Source of the DNA: the human T2T-CHM13v2.0 reference genome, Homo sapiens
Strand: one strand, 5' to 3'
DNA: 64,000 nucleotides
Assembly (NCBI RefSeq): GCF_009914755.1
Contig: NC_060948.1
The position numbers and the translations under genes are program-made. Of the stretch, positions 55,901 to 64,000 are shown one piece after another. Position 1 is the first letter of the stretch; the number at the start of each line of letters is the position of its first letter. The notes under the pieces are model-generated. The model made no database searches. It was not told where the DNA came from and saw only the letters and a list, made by a program, of their open reading frames with translations.

Positions 55901-58900
55901 AACGAAATTTCACGGAATGGAATCAAACTGAATGGAATCAAATCAATGGAATCAAATCAAATGGAATGGAAAGGAATTGAATGGAGTAGATTGGATTGGA
56001 TGGGATTGGAATGAAATGTACTGGAAAGGACTCGAATTTCATGAAACGGAATGGAATGAATTAGAACGGAATGGACTCGAATGGAATGGAATGTCATGGA
56101 ATGGCATCAAATGGAATGGAATCGAATGCGATGGAATGCTATGGAATGGAATGGAATGCATTGGAATGGAATGTCCTCTAATGGAATGTATTCGAGTGGA
56201 ATGGAATCGAATATAATGGAGTCTAATGAATTGGAATTGAAAGGAATAGGACCGAATACAATGGAATATACTGGAATGTAATGTAATGAACTCGAATGTA
56301 ATTGACTGGAATGGAATGTACATGAATGGAATGTAATCGAATGGAAAGCAATCCAATGGAATAGAATCTAATGCAATAAAATCGACTCAAATAGAGTAGA
56401 ATGTAATGGAATGGAGTGCAGTGCAATGGAATGGAATGGAATGGAATGCAATGGAATGGAATGGAATGGAATGGAATGGGATGGAATGGTATGGAATGGA
56501 TAGTAATGGACTGGAGTGAAATGGACTGGAAAAGAATGGACTCAAATTGAAACGTCTCGAAAGGAATGGAGTCAAATGGAATGGTCTGGAATGGAATGAA
56601 CACGAATGTAATGCAATCCAATAGAATGGAATCGAATGGCATGGAATATAAAGAAATGGAATCGAAGAGAATGGAAACAAATGGAATGGAATTGAATGGA
56701 ATGGAATTGAATGGAATGGGAACGAATGGAGTGAAATTGTATGCAGTAGAAGAGAATAGAATGGAATGCAAGCGAAAGGAAAGGAATGGATTGGAATGGA
56801 ATGGAATTCATTGGAATGGAAGGGAATGTAGTGTAATGGACAGGCCTGGAATAAAGTGGAATGCTACGGTCTCGAATGGAATAAAAATGTATGGAATGGA
56901 ATGCAATGAAACGGAATCGAATGTCATAGAATGTAATGGAATGCAAAAAAATGGACTCCAAAATCATTGACTGGAAAGGCTGGGTGTCGAAAGGAATTGA
57001 CTCCAATGGAATGGAATCGAATGGAATGGAAGTGAATAGATTGGAACTAAATCGAATGGAATGGAATTGATAGGAACGGAATGGAAAGGAATGCAATGAT
57101 TTGGCATGGAATGGAATCGAATGGCATCGAATGGAATGGAATGGAATGCAATGGAATGGAATGTATTAGAATGTAATGAACTTTAATGGAATGTACTCGA
57201 ATGGATTCGACTGGAATGGAATGTTCTTGAAGTGAATGGACTCCAATTGAATGGATTCGAAAGGAATGGAATCTAATGGAATGGAATTAAATGGAAATGA
57301 ATCAAATTGAATAGAACGGAATTGAATTGAATGGAATCGAATGCAATGGAATCTAATGAAACGGAAAGGAAAGGAATGGAATGGATTGGAATGGAATGGG
57401 CTGGAATGGAATGGAATCGAAACGAATGGAATGGAATCGAACTGAAGAGACTGGAATGGAATGCACTGGAATGGAAGGGAATGTAATGGAAGGTTCTCGA
57501 AAAAAATGGAATCGAAAGGAATGGAATTGAATGGAACGGAATAGAGTCGAATGGAATTCAATGGAATGGAATGGACTAGAGTGAAATGGAATCGAACCAC
57601 AAGGAATGGACAGGAATAGAATGGTCTCGAATTGAATGGAATCGTATGGAATGGCATCAAACGGAATGGAATGGACAGCCACGGAATGGAATGCACTCGA
57701 ATGCAATGGAGTCGACACTAATGGACTGGAATAGAATGGACTCGACTGGTACGGACTCCAATGGAATGGAATCGAATGGAAGGGAATCGAACGGAATGGA
57801 CTCGAAGGGAAAAGACTGCAATGGAAAGGTCTCGAATGGAATGGAAATTAATGGAATGGAATGGAATCGAATGAAATGGAGTCAAAAGGAATGGAATCGA
57901 ATGGCAAGAAATCGAATGTAATGGAATCGCAAGGAATTGATGTGAACGGAACGGAATGGAATGGAATCGAAAGGGATGGAATGGAATCGAATGGAAAGGA
58001 CTCGAATGGAAATCACTCGAATAGAATGCAATTTAATAAAATAGGATCAAATGTAATGGAATGGAATGGAAAGGAATCGAAACGAAAGGAATGGAGACAG
58101 ATGGAATGGAATGGAACAGAGAGCAATGGTATAGAATGGAATGGAATCATCTGGAATGGAATTGAATGGAATGGAATAAGATGAAATGGAATGGAATGGA
58201 ATGGAATGCCCTTGAATTAAATGGACTGGAATGGAATGGACTCGAACAGAGTGGAATGGAAAGTGTTGAAATAGAATGGAATGGACTCCTTTGGAATGGT
58301 CTAGTATGCAATGCAATCGACTGGCAGAGAATCAAGAGGAATGTAATCGAATGGAAAGGACTGGAATGCAATGGAATCGAATAGATTGGAAACGGAAAGC
58401 AAAGGAATGGAATGGAATAGTATGGAATGGAATGGAAAGGAATGGAGTGGAATAGACTAGAGTGGAATGGAATGGACTCGAAAGCAATGGACTGGAATGG
58501 AACTTTCTTGAATGGACTGGAATCAAACGGAATGGAATGCAATGCAATCAAATGGCATGGAATAAAATAGAATGAAAGAGAATCAAACGGAATTGAATCG
58601 AATGGAATCGAATGGATTGGAAAGGAATAGAATGGAATGGAATGGAATTGACTCAAATGGAATGGACTAGAATGGAATGGATTCGAATGGAAGGCAAAGG
58701 AATGGAATCTATTGGAATGGACTGTAATGGAATGGAATGTAAGGGATTGGAATGGACTCAAATGGAATGGACTGCAATAGAAAGGATTCGAATGGAATGA
58801 AAAAGAATTGAATGGAATAAAACAGAATGGAATCAAATCGAATGAAATGGAATGGAATAGAAAGGAATGGAAAGGATTCGAATGGAATGCAATCGAATGG

Positions 58901-61900
58901 AATGCAATCGAATGGAATGGAATCGAACGGAATGTAATAAAATGGAAGAAAACTGGCAAGAAATGGAATCGAAATGAATGGAGTGTTATGGAACGGACTC
59001 AAAAGGAATTGAATGTAATAGAATGGAGTGGAGTGGACTCGAATATAATGGACTGGAATGGAATGAAATCACATGGAATGGGAACGAATGGAATGGAATG
59101 GAAAGGAATGGAATCGAATGGAAAGGAATCGAATGGAAGGGAATGAAATTGAATCAACAGGAATGGAAGGGAGTAGAATAGACGGTAATGGAATGGACTC
59201 GAATAGAATGGACACGAATGCTCAAATTGAATGGACTCGAATGGAATGGAAATGAAAGGAATGTCATCGAATGGAATTGAATCGATTGGAATGAAATCAC
59301 ATAGAATGGAGTGGAATCAAATAGAATTGAATCGAAAGGAAAGGAAGCGAATGGACTGAAATGAAATGGAATGGAATTGAATGGAAATTAACGCAATGGA
59401 ATAGAATGGAACGAAATTTCACGGAATGGAATCAAACTGAATGGAATCAAATCAATGGAATATAATCAAATGGAATGGAAAGGAATTGAATGGAGTAGAT
59501 TGGATTGGATGGGATTGGAATGAAATGTACTGGAAAGGACTCGAATTTCATGAAACGGAATGGAATGAATTAGAACGGAATGGACTCGAATGGAATGGAA
59601 TGTCATGGAATGGCATCAAATGGAATGGAATCGAATGCGATGGAATGCTATGGAATGGAATGGAATGCATTGGAATGGAATGTCCTCTAATGGAATGTAT
59701 TCGAGTGGAATGGAATCGAATATAATGGAGTCTAATGAAAGGGAATTGAAAGGAATGGGACCGAATACAATGGAATATACTGGAATGTAATGTAATGAAC
59801 TCGAATGTAATTGACTGGAATGGAATGTACATGAATGGAATGTAATCGAATGGAAAGCAATCCAATGGAATAGAATCTAATGCAATAAAATCGACTCAAA
59901 TAGAGTAGAATGTAATGGAATGGAGTGCAGTGCAATGGAATGGAATGGAATGGAATGCAATGGAATGGAATGGAATGGAATGGAATGGGATGGAATGGTA
60001 TGGAATGGATAGTAATGGACTGGAGTGAAATGGACTGGAAAAGAATGGACTCAAATTGAAAGGTCTCGAAGGGAATGGAGTCAAATGGAATGGTCTGGAA
60101 TGGAATGAACACGAATGTAATGCAATCCAATAGAATGGAATCGAATGGCATGGAATATAAAGAAATGGAATCGAAGAGAATGGAAACAAATGGAATGGAA
60201 TTGAATGGAATGGAATTGAATGGAATGGGAACGAATGGAGTGAAATTGTATGCAGTAGAAGAGAATAGAATGGAATGCAAGCGAAAGGAAAGGAATGGAT
60301 TGGAATGGAATGGAATTCATTGGAATGGAAGGGAATGTAGTGTAATGGACAGGCCTGGAATAAAGTGGAATGCTACGGTCTCGAATGGAATAAAAATGTA
60401 TGGAATGGAATGCAATGAAACGGAATCGAATGTCATAGAATGTAATGGAATGCAAAAAAATGGACTCCAAAATCATTGACTGGAAAGGCTGGGTGTCGAA
60501 AGGAATTGACTCCAATGGAATGGAATCGAATGGAATGGAAGTGAATAGAATGGAACTAAATCGAATGGAATGGAATTGATAGGAACGGAATGGAAAGGAA
60601 TGCAATGATTTCGCATGGAATGGAATCGAATGGCATCGAATGGAATGGAATGGAATGCAATGGAATGGAATGTATTAGAATGTAATGAACTTTAATGGAA
60701 TGTACTCGAATGGATTCGACTGGAATGGAATGTTCTTGAAGTGAATGGACTCCAATTGAATGGATTCGAAAGGAATGGAATCTAATGGAATGGAATTAAA
60801 TGGAAATGAATCAAATTGAATAGAACGGAATTGAATTGAATGGAATCGAATGCAATGGAATCTAATGAAACGGAAAGGAAAGGAATGGAATGGATTGGAA
60901 TGGAATGGGCTGGAATGGAATGGAATCGAAACGAATGGAATGGAATCGAACTGAAGAGACTGGAATGGAATGCACTGGAATGGAAGGGAATGTAATGGAA
61001 GGTTCTCGAAAAAAATGGAATCGAATGGAATGGAATTGAATGGAACGGAATAGAGTCGAATGGAATTCAATGGAATGGAATGGACTAGAGTGAAATGGAA
61101 TCGAACCACAAGGAATGGACAGGAATAGAATGGTCTCGAATTGAATGGAATCGTATGGAATGGCATCAAACGGAATGGAATGGACAGCCACGGAATGGAA
61201 TGCACTCGAATGCAATGGAGTCGACACTAATGGACTGGAATAGAATGGACTCGACTGGTACGGACTCCAATGGAATGGAATCGAATGGAAGGGAATCGAA
61301 CGGAATGGACTCGAAGGGAAAAGACTGCAATGGAAAGGTCTCGAATGGAATGGAAATTAATGGAATGGAATGGAATCGAATGAAATGGAGTCAAAAGGAA
61401 TGGAATCGAATGGCAAGAAATCGAATGTAATGGAATCGCAAGGAATTGATGTGAACGGAACGGAATGGAATGGAATCGAAAGGGATGGAATGGAATCGAA
61501 TGGAAAGGACTCGAATGGAAATCACTCGAATAGAATGCAATTTAATAAAATAGGATCAAATGTAATGGAATGGAATGGAAAGGAATCGAAACGAAAGGAA
61601 TGGAGACAGATGGAATGGAATGGAACAGAGAGCAATGGTATAGAATGGAATGGAATCATCTGGAATGGAATTGAATGGAATGGAATAAGATGAAATGGAA
61701 TGGAATGGAATGGAATGCCCTTGAATTAAATGGACTGGAATGGAATGGACTCGAACAGAGTGGAATGGAAAGTGTTGAAATAGAATGGAATGGACTCCTT
61801 TGGAATGGTCTAGTATGCAATGCAATCGACTGGCAGAGAATCAAGAGGAATGTAATCGAATGGAAAGGACTGGAATGCAATGGAATCGAATAGATTGGAA

Positions 61901-63050
61901 ACGGAAAGCAAAGGAATGGAATGGAATAGTATGGAATGGAATGGAAAGGAATGGAGTGGAATAGACTAGAGTGGAATGGAATGGACTCGAAAGCAATGGA
62001 CTGGAATGGAACTTTCTTGAATGTACTGGAATCAAACGGAATGGAATGCAATGCAATCAAATGGCATGGAATAAAATAGAATGAAAGAGAATCAAACGGA
62101 ATTGAATCGAATGGAATCGAATGGATTGGAAAGGAATAGAATGGAATGGAATGGAATTGACTCAAATGGAATGGACTAGAATGGAATGGATTCGAATGGA
62201 AGGCAAAGGAATGGAATCTATTGGAATGGACTGTAATGGAATGGAATGTAAGGGATTGGAATGGACTCAAATGGAATGGACTGCAATAGAAAGGATTCGA
62301 ATGGAATGAAAAAGAATTGAATGGAATAAAACAGAATGGAATCAAATCGAATGAAATGGAATGGAATAGAAAGGAATGGAAAGGATTCGAATGGAATGCA
62401 ATCGAATGGAATGCAATCGAATGGAATGGAATCGAACGGAATGGAATAAAATGGAAGAAAACTGGCAAGAAATGGAATCGAAATGAATGGAGTGTTATGG
62501 AACGGACTCAAAAGGAATTGAATGTAATAGAATGGAGTGGAGTGGACTCGAATATAATGGACTGGAATGGAATGAAATCACATGGAATGGGAACGAATGG
62601 AATGGAATGGAAAGGAATGGAATCGAATGGAAAGGAATCGAATGGAAGGGAATGAAATTGAATCAACAGGAATGGAAGGGAGTAGAATAGACGGTAATGG
62701 AATGGACTCGAATAGAATGGACACGAATGCTCAAATTGAATGGACTCGAATGGAATGGAAACGAAAGGAATGTCATCGAATGGAATTGAATCGATTGGAA
62801 TGAAATCACATAGAATGGAGTGGAATCAAATAGAATTGAATCGAAAGGAAAGGAAGCGAATGGACTGAAATGAAATGGAATGGAATTGAATGGAAATTAA
62901 TGCAATGGAATAGAATGGAACGAAACTTCACGGAATGGAATCAAACTGAATGGAATCAAATCAATGGAATATAATCAAATGGAATGGAAAGGAATTGAAT
63001 GGAGTAGATTGGATTGGATGGGATTGGAATGAAATGCACTGGAAAGGACT
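50000..63050 (+). repeat. Right sub-array, type I units (units 15-18)
   Basis: Type I states return: GTTGAAATAG, ATCACATAG, GCGATGG, GGGACCGAA/AGGACCGAA, GGACTCCAAAATC, and the 20-bp CAGCCAC/CACCCAC duplication in units 15-16. Confidence 0.85.
56550..63000 (+). repeat. 3509-bp tandem pair (units 17 and 18), a distinct type I sub-lineage
   Basis: Shared private states at +3509: GTTCTTGAAG, CCAATTGAAT, 10-bp-shorter ATCGAAAGGGATGG (~57966/61475), AATAAGATG, GGCAGAGAATCAAGAGG and a 15-bp deletion at ~58865/62374. Confidence 0.85.
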
Positions 63051-64000
63051 CGAATTTCATGAAACGGAATGGAATGAATTGGAACGGAATGGACTCGAAT
63101 GGAATGGAATGTCACGGAATGGCATCAAATGGAATGGCATCAAATGGAATGGAATAGAATGCAATGGATTGCTATGGAATGGAATGGAATGCATTGGAAT
63201 GGAATGTCCTCTAATGGAATGGATTCGAGTGGAATGGAATCGAATATAATGGAGTCGAATGAAATGGAATTGAAAGGAATGGGATCGAATACCATGTAAT
63301 ATACTGGAATGTAATGTAATGAACTCGAATGTAATTGACTGGAATGGAATGTACATGAATGGAATGTAATCGAATGGAAAGTAATCCAATGGAATAGAAT
63401 CTAATGCAATAAAATCGACTCAAATAGAATAGAATGTAATGGAATGGAGTGCAGTGCAATGGAATGGAATGGAATGGAATGCAATGGAATGGAATGGAAT
63501 GGAATGGAATGGAATGGAATGGGATGGAATGGTATGGAATGGATAGTAATGGACTGGAGTGAAATGGACTGGAAAAGAATGGACTCAAATTGAAAGGGCT
63601 CGAAAGGAATGGAGTCAAATGGAATGGTCTGGAATGGAATGAATACGAATGTAATGCAATCCAATAGAATGGAATCGAATGGCATGGAATATAAAGAATT
63701 GGAATCGAAGAGAATGGAAACAAATGGAATGGAATTGAATGGAATGGAATTGAATGGAATGGGAACGAATGGAGTGAAATTGTATGCAGTAGAAGAGAAT
63801 AGAATGGAATGCAAGCGAAAGGAAAGGAATGGATTGGAATGGAATGGAATTCATTGGAATGGAAGGGAATGTAGTGTAATGGACAGGCCTGGAATAAAGT
63901 GGAATGCTACGGTCTCGAATGGAATAAAAATGTATGGAATAGAATGCAATGAAACGGAATCGAATGTCATAGAATGTAATGGAATGCAAAAAAATGGACT

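Larger units (their letters stand above)
187..63884 (+). repeat. DYZ1: 18 complete ~3.5-kb higher-order units, consistent with the DYZ1 (Yq12) repeat
   Basis: Seen: landmark GGACAGGCCTGGAATAAAG with AGGCCT starting at 187, 3701, 7230, 10784, 14298, 17832, 21381, 24950, 28489, 32038, 35587, 39136, 42685, 46224, 49763, 53317, 56842, 60351, 63885. Unit lengths are 3514, 3529, 3554, 3514, 3534, 3549, 3569, 3539, 3549, 3549, 3549, 3549, 3539, 3539, 3554, 3525, 3509, 3534. Each unit has one conserved HaeIII site (GGCC) and one conserved EcoRI site (GAATTC, 38 bp upstream of AGGCCT, e.g. 149). Established: DYZ1 is a 3564-bp pentamer-based unit released by HaeIII/EcoRI. The Y assignment is by recognition, not alignment. 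Confidence 0.9.
1..64000 (+). repeat. Human satellite 3 (HSat3)-type degenerate (GGAAT)n/(CATTC)n array, single orientation, fills the window
   Basis: Continuous GGAAT pentamers and variants (CGAAT, GGACT, GCAAT, TGAAT, AGAAT, GTAAT) from first to last base. No unique-sequence interruption or strand inversion seen. Confidence 0.99.

Noticed and set aside
1-64000. Hundreds of ORFs (MEWNG-rich on +, IPFHS-rich on -), up to 313 aa
   Set aside because: They are direct translations of GGAAT/CATTC, which contain no stop codon in any frame. Their extents change with 5-bp indels between units, and they show no recognisable domain or gene structure.
1-64000. CRISPR-like or other repeat-spacer system
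   Set aside because: There are no constant repeats separated by unique spacers and no associated genes. All variable sequence recurs at the 3.5-kb period.
1-64000. Alu/L1 insertion, DYZ2 (HSat1B) block or inversion
   Set aside because: No AT-rich DYZ2-like, Alu-like, poly(A)-tailed or CATTC-strand segment was seen. The landmark spacing leaves no room for an insertion.

Overview
The whole 64-kb window is non-coding tandem satellite DNA: a degenerate (GGAAT)n pentamer array with the purine-rich strand on +, organised into a ~3.5-kb higher-order unit. There are 18 complete copies between conserved AGGCCT sites at 187 and 63885, with lengths of 3509-3569 bp. This matches human satellite 3 (HSat3), most likely the DYZ1 3.56-kb repeat of Yq12 heterochromatin. 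That assignment rests on recalled unit size and restriction pattern, not a database search. No genes, RNA genes, transposons or CRISPR arrays are supported, and the ORFs are translations of the pentamer. The structure of interest is internal. (i) Each unit carries three perfect heat-shock elements (nGAAnnTTCnnGAAn). (ii) There are two unit subfamilies, with a ~25-kb type II block set between related type I flanks. (iii) That block contains a 7098-bp dimeric repeat ending in a young 3539-bp duplication whose breakpoint maps to an 85-bp interval. (iv) Mosaic units and divergent junction segments occur, and several exchange points fall at a similar unit position. (v) Unit lengths follow a 5n+4 rule. 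I found no new protein-coding system. All counts were made by eye and should be confirmed by alignment.
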